A stretch of 11,071 nt of DNA, taken from the NCBI GenBank assembly GCA_964636085.1, contig CAZWPQ010000049.1, forward strand, positions 1-11,071, given 5' to 3'. The translations under genes were made by a program, and so were the position numbers. How positions within the stretch are numbered: the first letter of the stretch is position 1; every line of letters starts with the position of its first letter. Of this stretch, positions 1 through 8,374 are shown in pieces. The notes under the pieces were generated by a model, which saw only the letters and a list, made by a program, of their open reading frames with translations, was not told the origin of the DNA and ran no database searches. Source of the DNA: an uncultured Nitrososphaerota archaeon. Its GTDB lineage: Archaea > Asgardarchaeota > Njordarchaeia > Njordarchaeales > Panguiarchaeaceae.

Positions 1-1537
1 TTAGTGGTTTTCCATTCGCGGTGTTGTTTTCGATGGTGTTGTTGTATGAGTGTTTTAGGAATAGGCCATTGTTTATGAATGCATTGTTGGATATGTTGCT
101 TCTGGATGAATATAGGATGTATATTCCGTAGTAGTATTGGTTGTCCTGTATTGTGTTGTTATATATGTTGTTTTCGGGGGAATCGAATAGACATATTCCA
201 TTGTCATTGTTTTTTATCGTGTTGTTATATATGTAGTTTCTCTGGGAGCCTTGCATATATATTCCGTCCGCAAGGTTATTCTCCAGTGTGTTGCTGGATA
301 TGTTGTTTCCATGGGAATATTTAAGCCATACTCCATGATGATCGTTCTGTGATATGTTGTTGTTATATATATAGTTGTCTGAGGAATAGCTAAGGAGTAT
401 CCCATCCGCAAACTGGCCCAACATTGTATTGTTGTATATATTATTACTATCGGAGTCGCTGAGGAGGAGTCCTATTCCATTCCATAGTATCGTGTTGTTG
501 TAGATTTCGTTCCCAGTAGAGCCATAGATAAATAGTGATACATTCCAGCTCCCCTGTATATGGTTATCATAGATCTTGTTTGTGGTGGAGTTTGAGATGT
601 ATATCCCACTGTTCCAGCTATTTAGTATTGTATTGTTATGTATTTTGTCTCCATGCGAAAAATAGAGGCATATCCCTACATCAAAAGGCGACCACATATA
701 CACGTCATATATTTCCGAGTTGTTTGTTTCCCATAGTTCTATTCCGACCTCAAGGTCTTGTATGCTCTGATTTGTTATTGTTATGTTCTCGCATCTTACT
801 AGAACTATCTGTCCAGTACTCCAGTTTATCTGGGTGTTACTTACATTCTCCATGTATACTAGTGGTTTTCCATCGACAGTATTATTCTCTACCGTGTTAT
901 TGTATGAGTAATAGACGAAGATGCCGTCATTCCTGAATGTGTTATTGGATATTGTGTTGTTGGATGAGTTGTAGAGACATACTCCATAATAATCGTTGTA
1001 CTGTATCGTATTGTTCAGTATGGATCCAGAGGAATTGTAGAAATATATACCAGCGTAATACCATTCGGATATAGACACATTCTTTATTGTTACGTTTTCT
1101 GCGTTCTCCACATATATTCCCCATTTGCTATCGCTACCAGGTGTACCATCCACCACATGCCCGCAACCGTCCAGAACTACATTGCTAGCAGTGATATATA
1201 TTGCAGCATCATCTGCACAATCTATTATGTCTGAGGTTAGGTTGTAATACCCAGATGTATTGATATGTATAACCCATGACGATGGTTTTTCCGTAGCTAG
1301 CCGTTTGTGATCTCTACTATTTGGAATAGATAGTTTTATTGCCTTGTTGTTGCTACTTAAGATATTTTCTGGCCCCCATTTTGCTTGTTTTTCTTGATGC
1401 GCTTGTAATATCCCATTTGATTCATCCACTCCATGCTTAAAGGTGCTTCCTTTATATATATATGCAATACAATATGCAGACACCAGGAGCATTGCTATGG
1501 ACGAAAAAACAAACAAAAACTTTGTTGTGTACGCCAT
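1..1537 (-). CDS. Secreted/cell-surface right-handed parallel beta-helix (NosD/CASH-like) repeat protein, partial (3' end lies beyond the window)
   Basis: Manual translation gives an open frame from ATG 1537 to the window edge (512 codons), with an in-frame TGA just upstream and a GAGGGGG RBS. The N-terminus MAYTTKFLFVFSSIAMLLVSAYCIAYIY is signal-peptide-like. It is followed by INTSGYYNLTSDI...IYITASNVVLDGCGHVVDG, many ~22-23 aa 'GIxLxxSxxNxIYNNTI' rungs, and two NNT(V/A)(D/N)GKPL motifs. Confidence 0.93.
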   Translation of the reverse strand, partial: MAYTTKFLFVFSSIAMLLVSAYCIAYIYKGSTFKHGVDESNGILQAHQEKQAKWGPENILSSNNKAIKLSIPNSRDHKRLATEKPSSWVIHINTSGYYNLTSDIIDCADDAAIYITASNVVLDGCGHVVDGTPGSDSKWGIYVENAENVTIKNVSISEWYYAGIYFYNSSGSILNNTIQYNDYYGVCLYNSSNNTISNNTFRNDGIFVYYSYNNTVENNTVDGKPLVYMENVSNTQINWSTGQIVLVRCENITITNQSIQDLEVGIELWETNNSEIYDVYMWSPFDVGICLYFSHGDKIHNNTILNSWNSGIYISNSTTNKIYDNHIQGSWNVSLFIYGSTGNEIYNNTILWNGIGLLLSDSDSNNIYNNTMLGQFADGILLSYSSDNYIYNNNISQNDHHGVWLKYSHGNNISSNTLENNLADGIYMQGSQRNYIYNNTIKNNDNGICLFDSPENNIYNNTIQDNQYYYGIYILYSSRSNISNNAFINNGLFLKHSYNNTIENNTANGKPL

Positions 1538-1789
1538 ATGTCCCCCTCACAAAATCAGATTAGAGATATGAATAAATATATCAATATTCCTTTTAAAATA
1601 AAAAGGGAATGCATATGAATCAAGCAATTTAACATCATTACAAAAATCTATTTGATAAATATGAAGACCTAAATGAAAAAATCATTTGAATAACAACGAC
1701 AAAAACATGGACATACACAAATTCTTTAAAAAATTTATCATCTTTTTTCATTAGTATAGTTTTTTTAATATTTGAGATGCGGATGCGAT

Positions 1790-2161
1790 ATGAGTTCAGA
1801 GGATTGGTTTAAGAAAGCACGAGAATTTTTGGAGGAAGCAGAGAACGCATTTCAGAGGGAGAGGTATTGGTTTGTTTGTTTTAATGCTCATCAAGCCGCA
1901 GAATTTTTTTTGAAGGGAAAGCTTCTTGAGAAGTGTGGTTCGTTTACATTTACTCATGATTTGGCCGTTCTGCTTCGGGAGCTTTGTGCTTGTCTTTCAA
2001 TATCTTCTCCTAGTGATGTTGTCCTTGCTGCTCAGTTTTTGTCTCCTCATTATGTTGAGAGTAGATATCCAGGCGTGAGGACGGTTATCTATGATCGAAG
2101 TCTTGCTCAGAATTGTTTGGAGATGGCTAAGAAAATTGTTGAGTGGGTTGATAGGCTTTGA
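1790..2161 (+). CDS. HEPN domain protein (PF05168-like, thermophile-type HEPN), partner of MNT
   Basis: Motifs W..KA.EFL..A, CF.AHQAAE..LK, THDL..LL, L..HY..SRYP and A..C...A.KIVEWV are typical of archaeal HEPN proteins. ATG 1790 is preferred over TTG 1772 because the family pattern starts at MSSEDW. Confidence 0.92.
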   Translation: MSSEDWFKKAREFLEEAENAFQRERYWFVCFNAHQAAEFFLKGKLLEKCGSFTFTHDLAVLLRELCACLSISSPSDVVLAAQFLSPHYVESRYPGVRTVIYDRSLAQNCLEMAKKIVEWVDRL

Positions 2162-2502
2162 ATAAGGAGATTTTTGCATACAGAAGAAAATGTATTTTGA
2201 ATTATGAAAAGCTATTTAGGGGCTTTATCAACAAGCTGATTGTAGAGTTTGGAGAAAAAATTTCGATAGTCCTATTCGGCAGCAGGGGAAGAGGCGACAA
2301 TAAGGAATCAAGCGACTACGATCTTCTGATAGTTCTCAAAGAAGGCGAAGATAAAGATCGCCTACAGATTCTAAAATTAAAACCGTTATCTGTACCAATG
2401 GATATTATAGTAGTTAATCCTAGCGAGTTGAGTAATCCTGTGCTTAAAAAAATGCTGAAGCAATCCAAAGTATTATATGATGGTCTAAAATGTTTTTCAT
2501 AA
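2158..2502 (+). CDS. Minimal nucleotidyltransferase (MNT, Pol-beta superfamily), antitoxin-like partner of HEPN
   Basis: IVLFGSRGRGDNKESSDYDLLIV gives the GS-x10-DxD signature, with a third Asp in PMDIIV. TTG start overlaps the HEPN stop by 4 nt (TTGA). Confidence 0.93.
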   Translation: MNKEIFAYRRKCILNYEKLFRGFINKLIVEFGEKISIVLFGSRGRGDNKESSDYDLLIVLKEGEDKDRLQILKLKPLSVPMDIIVVNPSELSNPVLKKMLKQSKVLYDGLKCFS

Positions 2503-2569
2503 ATGTTTTCGGTTTTCTCCATGAAAAATATTTATAAAGGGACATAAACAAGGCAGAGAAATCTCGTAG

Positions 2570-2584
2570 AAAAAAAATAGAAAA
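2570..2584 (-). terminator. Candidate archaeal oligo-U terminator for the SBP/beta-helix operon
   Basis: T4 and T8 tracts on the minus strand, 15-29 nt downstream of the stop at 2599. Confidence 0.4.
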
Positions 2585-2598
2585 GGATTTTATGAATT

Positions 2599-5500
2599 TT
2601 ACCCCTTTTTCCTAGTATATATAAACACTGAGGCAATGGCACCTATTGCTATCAGTGCTATGTAGATCGCCTTTGATGCCATCATATATGTGGTGATCAT
2701 TGTCTCTAGTGAGGAGACTATAGTGCTTACAATAGTAGTATTTCTCACACTATATATTGTTGTAGTCATGGTCTCTGTGTTTGTTTGTGTGTTGGTAATG
2801 GTAGTGTTTGTGGTTTCTATTAGAGTAATTGTTGAGTATACTGTAGCTGTTGATAATATTAGTCCCGCGGGAATATCTAGCGCCCTTGTTATTGTGTCCT
2901 GTGTGAACAACCCATAGATCTCTTCTGGATCGACGACGTCCGCATCTGCCGTTATGTTTGGACCGTCTGGATGTCCCCACCAATTGTATGATGCGTTTAC
3001 GGGAACAGTGTTGTTCACAACTAATACACCGTGTAGATAGTTGTTAGTGATGTTTGAGTAATGTATTTCGCATGTTGAATTTATTATATAGAATCCATAG
3101 TTGTTCCATGATACATCGCCCCATTCTGCCATAAGTATGGTCCTAAAGGCATATGTGCCCGCAAATGTACAATTTTCAATCTTGAGACTGTATAGGTATG
3201 CTATTGAGGACTCTATCAATAATCCATATTTATTGCCATAGAATTCTGAATACTCCACATTCAATGTAGAGTTGTATGATGATATGCCGTACATACATTC
3301 TGTTAATGTCGAAACGTTGACATTTACCGTGCTCATAATACAGTTGATGCCACTGGAGGAATTCGAGATCAAGGTATTCACCACGTTGAGTGAGGAATTC
3401 GAAACCACTATCCCTGACTCGTGATATGCCAATTCAGAGTTAGTTATGTACGCTATCTCTGTGTTTACTATGTAGATTCCATACTTTATTTTCTCCATAT
3501 AAATTTTGTTTAGTATGGCATTGCCACAGTATGCCAATTCTATTCCAACAGTTGTGTTAGCGACTGTGATGTTTGTAAGACTAATAGTTGTTGTATTAGC
3601 AATTATTAGCTCTCCAACAGCAGCATTCTCTAGTACATACTGGGGTTGGTTCTTAATGTAGTATATGGGTTCTCCATCTATTATATTATCCGTGGTAATG
3701 TTGTGGGTGGTATAGTGAATTATATCATCGCCATGAATAAGTACTCCAGAATTCTGGAAGCTATTGTTCGTAATAGTGGTGTATAAGGAATAGTCAACGA
3801 TTACACCAGAATGCGTGGGGCCCAAGAATTGATTAGAGGATACTACAGCGTTCTCGCATGAGTATAGGTCAACATCGACCTCGAGATTATAAAGTATAGA
3901 GTTTTTAATTGATGGATTCTTACAATATTCCAATTTTATACCTGCTGTATTATTTACAATCTGGACCCTATCGATCTGCACCGTAGAATTATCTACAAAA
4001 ATAGCGTCATCAAAACCAGAGATCCTCGTCGCGTCCAATGTCAGGTGAGATTGCTCTTTGACAATGATAAAGCGTTTACCGCCTATGCTATCTACATTAG
4101 TATTGGTGATCTGATATGATGATGAACCACTTCTTGTGTATATAAAACAGCTAAGGATGGAGTCCCCATATGCGGATATTGAAGCGTTGGAGTATTTTAG
4201 ACTGATGGATGCCCCATATGAGTAGTAACCATACGCATAGGATGAGTCGTACATAGATATATTGATTGATGTATCCTTTATGGTATCATAACCATAATAT
4301 GAGAGGTATAGAATAACAAAAGCAAAGCCACGATACAGTGACGAGATTCTGCAGTTAATCATGGTGATTGTGGATGCCCAATTAAGTATTGGCATCACAT
4401 AGTAACTTGAATATTCCTTCTCACCGCCATAACCATAGCAGTCAAGGAATATTGTTGAGTTTTCTATGCTGTATGAGGAACCCAACTCAAAATCAATGGA
4501 GACGGCCCAGCTAGTCCCCTCATATGCATGTAAATTGAAGCTGCAATTCTTTACATAGTATTTTGATGCACCACTATTATATCCGTCCCATAATTGTTCA
4601 ACTGTTGAAAGTCCAAATGTCCAACTCTCAAATGTCGTATTTCTTATAGTTACTTTGCCCATTTTATCGGAGAATACAAAAATCGATAAACTCTTCCCAT
4701 AAATACTTCCGTTGAAGTATGAATTATTGATATATGCGTCGTGTTGATACATATCGACAGCACCGATATATGTGTCTACATTTGTTTGATTACACACGAT
4801 GTTGAATATGGAATTATCTATCAGGATGCCCTCTGGCAGATTTCTCGTGTATATACCGTATATATTTGCACCATTGAATGCGTCCATGTAAAGTTTAGCA
4901 CCGTATATAGAGACTCTAGAATTTTCACAGCGTATGAGGTATAAGGTAACTGAGCCACGCGCACTCGCATTTATTTCTATGTTCGATATTGTTATATTTG
5001 TATTTTTTGTAAATATGCATGTTAGATCTGTACTTGTCATATAGGCATCGAATCTACTATTATTAATGGATCCATAAGAGTTGTAGATTTCTATACCAGA
5101 ATTTACCATTGTTAGGTTGTTTATTTCGTATTCACTATTATCGATAAAGATGGTATTCTCAGAATATGAATTGTTTATTGTTAGGCCACTATTTTCTGTT
5201 TTAATTGCTAGAGACGTCATGTTCATGAATGAGCAAGATTCTATTGTTAGTGTGGAATTTTCAATCGCGTTTATTCCTGTGTAGCAACTTCTCAAGACCG
5301 ACTTCTCTAGTGTTATGTTTGCTGGAACCATAAGGACTGAATAGTTAAAGCCGACAATTAGACCGGTCTCTGAGGAGTTCCATCCACAATACTCAATAAC
5401 ACTATCAAAAGCATATAGTGTGGCATTTGCCTCCACGTATATGAAATATCTATATCCTGTGGACTCATTATATGTTATGGTGGAATTTCTAAGCCTTAGA

Positions 5501-5973
5501 TTCCCCCCGGATACCACCACTATACCGCTTTTCCCATCAGAGGAGCTACTAAGAATCATTGTTGTGTTGATTAGGGTTAGGTTGCCCTTAACTATGATAA
5601 CAGTATCGTTGTATGATAGTGCGGTGTCACTATATATCACATTTCCCTCTATGGTTATGTTGGATGGGAAATACCATTTTGGCTCTATCAGTATTGGTGT
5701 GCTCTCAGCCCACGATATATAATCAATGTCGCGTTTAATTGAGATAATTTCTGAATGGATCCTGTCTATATTCACTTCATTTATTTTGTTGGGCAGAACA
5801 TTATAATCGTCCCCAGAAGATTCATGGTTATGGGAATAGTAGATGATTTTCTCTCCAATGCTACCATCTGGTTTCTTTATTCTCCTTTGTATGTGCTCCC
5901 CGTAAATCAATACTGAGGTAATAATTAGAAGGAATAACATAGAACATATTATCTTCTTTCTTCTCTCATACAA
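2599..5973 (-). CDS. Membrane-anchored cell-surface right-handed beta-helix (pectin-lyase-like/NosD) glycoprotein, 1124 aa
   Basis: Signal-like N-terminus (RRKK + hydrophobic stretch), extensive I/L-x-N-S-T-I and GIxI rungs, a NIIDGEPIYY module and a NASYNWWGHPDGP cap motif. C-terminus is a Thr-rich linker, a TM helix and RKKG. TTG start is preceded by GGAGGTGA inside the upstream gene's end. Confidence 0.9.
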   Translation of the reverse strand: MYERRKKIICSMLFLLIITSVLIYGEHIQRRIKKPDGSIGEKIIYYSHNHESSGDDYNVLPNKINEVNIDRIHSEIISIKRDIDYISWAESTPILIEPKWYFPSNITIEGNVIYSDTALSYNDTVIIVKGNLTLINTTMILSSSSDGKSGIVVVSGGNLRLRNSTITYNESTGYRYFIYVEANATLYAFDSVIEYCGWNSSETGLIVGFNYSVLMVPANITLEKSVLRSCYTGINAIENSTLTIESCSFMNMTSLAIKTENSGLTINNSYSENTIFIDNSEYEINNLTMVNSGIEIYNSYGSINNSRFDAYMTSTDLTCIFTKNTNITISNIEINASARGSVTLYLIRCENSRVSIYGAKLYMDAFNGANIYGIYTRNLPEGILIDNSIFNIVCNQTNVDTYIGAVDMYQHDAYINNSYFNGSIYGKSLSIFVFSDKMGKVTIRNTTFESWTFGLSTVEQLWDGYNSGASKYYVKNCSFNLHAYEGTSWAVSIDFELGSSYSIENSTIFLDCYGYGGEKEYSSYYVMPILNWASTITMINCRISSLYRGFAFVILYLSYYGYDTIKDTSINISMYDSSYAYGYYSYGASISLKYSNASISAYGDSILSCFIYTRSGSSSYQITNTNVDSIGGKRFIIVKEQSHLTLDATRISGFDDAIFVDNSTVQIDRVQIVNNTAGIKLEYCKNPSIKNSILYNLEVDVDLYSCENAVVSSNQFLGPTHSGVIVDYSLYTTITNNSFQNSGVLIHGDDIIHYTTHNITTDNIIDGEPIYYIKNQPQYVLENAAVGELIIANTTTISLTNITVANTTVGIELAYCGNAILNKIYMEKIKYGIYIVNTEIAYITNSELAYHESGIVVSNSSLNVVNTLISNSSSGINCIMSTVNVNVSTLTECMYGISSYNSTLNVEYSEFYGNKYGLLIESSIAYLYSLKIENCTFAGTYAFRTILMAEWGDVSWNNYGFYIINSTCEIHYSNITNNYLHGVLVVNNTVPVNASYNWWGHPDGPNITADADVVDPEEIYGLFTQDTITRALDIPAGLILSTATVYSTITLIETTNTTITNTQTNTETMTTTIYSVRNTTIVSTIVSSLETMITTYMMASKAIYIALIAIGAIASVFIYTRKKG

Positions 5974-5974
5974 C

Positions 5975-8149
5975 TTAGCTCACCTCCCTCCGGGAGACTA
6001 ATAATGACCCAGTAATCATGGCGAGACAAGCTATTGTTGAAAGACCTATCCAAACGCCAGCCTTACCAGAAAACAGAATGGACCTTATTATAGTTTCCGT
6101 GGTTAATATCGCTGTTGAGGAGTTAGTAATTATAAACGTTGTTATGGTTGTGTTGTTATACACGGTAGTAACCGTAGTGATATTTGTGTATATTGTACTT
6201 GTTGTTGTGTTTGTAATAGTAGTATTTACTGTCAATGTGGTCGTCAGATTATATGAGTAGGTTGGAATTGTGGTATAGGTCGTGGATATGGATTTTGGTC
6301 TTGCACACTTATGGATTGTATAGATGTTTACTACTGGTCTGTCGATCAGATCCTTCAGAACTCCAGCCCATCCTGAGGTACCGAACCTCTTGTAGGACTT
6401 ATAGGCACCAATCTTGATGACTTGATATAGAGGAATGCTTGGTTGCTCCTCGTATAGTATGATTTCTGCGCCCCACACATCAAGCTTTATATCATTTATA
6501 TCATGATCTTTATACAGTGCCTTACTGACAAGATCATCGTAGGTATCATTGGACCATCTGGCTAACTGGGAACACAAGCCCCATGAGGAGAATTCATCCA
6601 GTGCATATGGTAATCTCTCAATGGTTTGTTCATAATATGCGATTTCATAGTCACCAGTCGATAATAAGTAGACGATTATTTTTGGACTAAGAAATTTCAG
6701 CGTGATATGTATTCCTATGTCTTCGATATTCTTCTTGATTATCTCGGCTGCAAACCTTAATCTGGCCTCATTATCAATTAATAACTCTAGAGATATCTCT
6801 GAGCCAGACGGATCTTCAACCCAACCATCATCATCACTATCCGTGAGATTGGCCTTCATCAGCTCTGCTATCGCCTTGTCCCTTAGGCTTTCAATATATG
6901 TACAAGGAGCCAAGCCCATATACTCAACACTCCACATTCCTAGGGATCGGGGTATAATACAATCTATAGGCTCTGCAAGTCCGCTATATATGTATCGGGA
7001 GATAGCGTACTTATTTAATGCATATGCCAAAGCCCTCCTAAATGGACTTTCTGATAATGGAAAGTCTTTTGTATTGATTAGAAGCTGGCCGATATATAGT
7101 CTATGTCCCCGCCCTATTGTGAAACCGTCGGACAGAAGCTCGTCATAAAATTCTAATAGAAATGCCCCAGAGGCCATATCTATATCTCCAGACTTAAGAT
7201 ATTCGACCACCTGGATATTATTTGATACAACCTTATACCTTAGATATTTTACATATGGGCCCCTTAGGGAGTCTATTCCATACTTATCAATGTACTCCTC
7301 ATCGAGCTCATGCCAGGGCCAAATAATCTCCCCCACATCATTGACAGCCCTTAGGAAATAATTGCTATATCTCTCAAATAGGAATTCCTTGGCATTGCAA
7401 CATGGGCCATTAGGGCTCCAATCCGAGAGTTTAAAGGGGCCATATCCAGTAAGTATAGGGTCTGATGGGGACATAGCAACATGGTTGACTATTTGCTGTG
7501 GTGCGACATCCCATGTGGGAAATGTGCCCGATCCACCCCATACTGATCCAACCTCGTATATGTGTTTTGGGAATACAATAATTAGTGCTTTCTGGGAACG
7601 CAGAAGACTGGTTGTGTTAAGGAAGATTTTGACGGTATAAGTATCAACTTTTGTAGCATTTATAAGGATCTCTCCCAGCTCTTTCCATTTGTCCGAGTAT
7701 GGGTAGATCCACTTGATAAGGTCAAATGTAAAGACAACATCATCGGAGGTTAAATGTGCTCCATCAAAGAAATATATGTCATCACGCAACTGTATCGTCC
7801 AGTAGCTTATGTTCTCAGATAAATCCACAGTCCACACAGGCGGAGATGATAGAATCCAGGGTAAATCGGAGAGGAAGTTTGTATAGTCAAATGGATTGGA
7901 AACTGTAAAACTGGGAAAAATAAGTCCTAGGATTTCCCAGTCGATTTCTGAATTAGACGATACAGGGTTAAGCTTTGAAGGGGGTGAATACAATGGGAGG
8001 TTTAGGGTGGCATTAGTATCAGGTTCTATAACATACTCTGCTATGACATTCTCGCCCTGAGGTCGTATGTTAGGACTATCCGCATATGCCAGTAAGGCAA
8101 GCAATATGTTTGATATAAATAGAAGAGTTAGCATATACATTTTCTTCAT
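5975..8149 (-). CDS. ABC transporter substrate-binding protein, family 5 (OppA/DppA-like; peptide or oligosaccharide), C-terminally anchored
   Basis: Family-5 SBP motifs LNP, LRDDIYFFDGAHLTSDDVVFTF, KVDTYTVKI, TGYGPFKL, FRRALAYALNK and IPLYQ. Signal peptide, Thr-rich linker + TM + RR tail, and an AGGTGGG RBS. Confidence 0.93.
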   Translation of the reverse strand: MKKMYMLTLLFISNILLALLAYADSPNIRPQGENVIAEYVIEPDTNATLNLPLYSPPSKLNPVSSNSEIDWEILGLIFPSFTVSNPFDYTNFLSDLPWILSSPPVWTVDLSENISYWTIQLRDDIYFFDGAHLTSDDVVFTFDLIKWIYPYSDKWKELGEILINATKVDTYTVKIFLNTTSLLRSQKALIIVFPKHIYEVGSVWGGSGTFPTWDVAPQQIVNHVAMSPSDPILTGYGPFKLSDWSPNGPCCNAKEFLFERYSNYFLRAVNDVGEIIWPWHELDEEYIDKYGIDSLRGPYVKYLRYKVVSNNIQVVEYLKSGDIDMASGAFLLEFYDELLSDGFTIGRGHRLYIGQLLINTKDFPLSESPFRRALAYALNKYAISRYIYSGLAEPIDCIIPRSLGMWSVEYMGLAPCTYIESLRDKAIAELMKANLTDSDDDGWVEDPSGSEISLELLIDNEARLRFAAEIIKKNIEDIGIHITLKFLSPKIIVYLLSTGDYEIAYYEQTIERLPYALDEFSSWGLCSQLARWSNDTYDDLVSKALYKDHDINDIKLDVWGAEIILYEEQPSIPLYQVIKIGAYKSYKRFGTSGWAGVLKDLIDRPVVNIYTIHKCARPKSISTTYTTIPTYSYNLTTTLTVNTTITNTTTSTIYTNITTVTTVYNNTTITTFIITNSSTAILTTETIIRSILFSGKAGVWIGLSTIACLAMITGSLLVSRREVS

Positions 8150-8300
8150 AATCCCACCTTATATATTTCTAATAAATACGAAAAAATAAAATAAAAAAAT
8201 AAACAGTCTTATACACATACAATTCTATAATCCCTAGATTTTCGAAATGCACAAGAATAATCTTGATTCCGCCATAAAAACTCAATCTTCATAGAAAAAG

Positions 8301-8348
8301 TTAGTAATAAATAGCGATCTTTATTAGTAATATTATTGGCATTTGGCA
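8301..8348 (+). promoter_or_regulatory. Putative promoter/autoregulatory operator of the AbrB-PIN operon
   Basis: Imperfect inverted repeat TTAGTAATAAA-N8-TTTATTAGTAA (10/11 match) containing a TATA-like TTTATTAG, followed by the direct repeat TTGGCA x2. RBS GGTGA at 8364-8368. Confidence 0.4.
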
Positions 8349-8374
8349 TATATTATGGAACTTGGTGAAAAAAA

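Noticed and set aside
1-1100. AAC-rich quasi-repeats as a CRISPR array or DGR template repeat
   Set aside because: They are degenerate coding repeats of beta-helix rungs. There are no identical repeats with spacers, no adenine-specific TR/VR pair, and no reverse transcriptase or cas gene.
1586-1610. Near-palindrome ATTCCTTTT...AAAAGGGAAT upstream of the left-hand gene
   Set aside because: Imperfect and AT-rich; it could be an operator but there is no independent support.
79-1618. Short Cys-rich ORFs (79-324, 214-411, 535-936, 942-1124, 1433-1618)
   Set aside because: Shadow or alternative frames of the long minus-strand beta-helix gene; the Cys richness comes from antisense reading of its AAC/ACA-rich codons.
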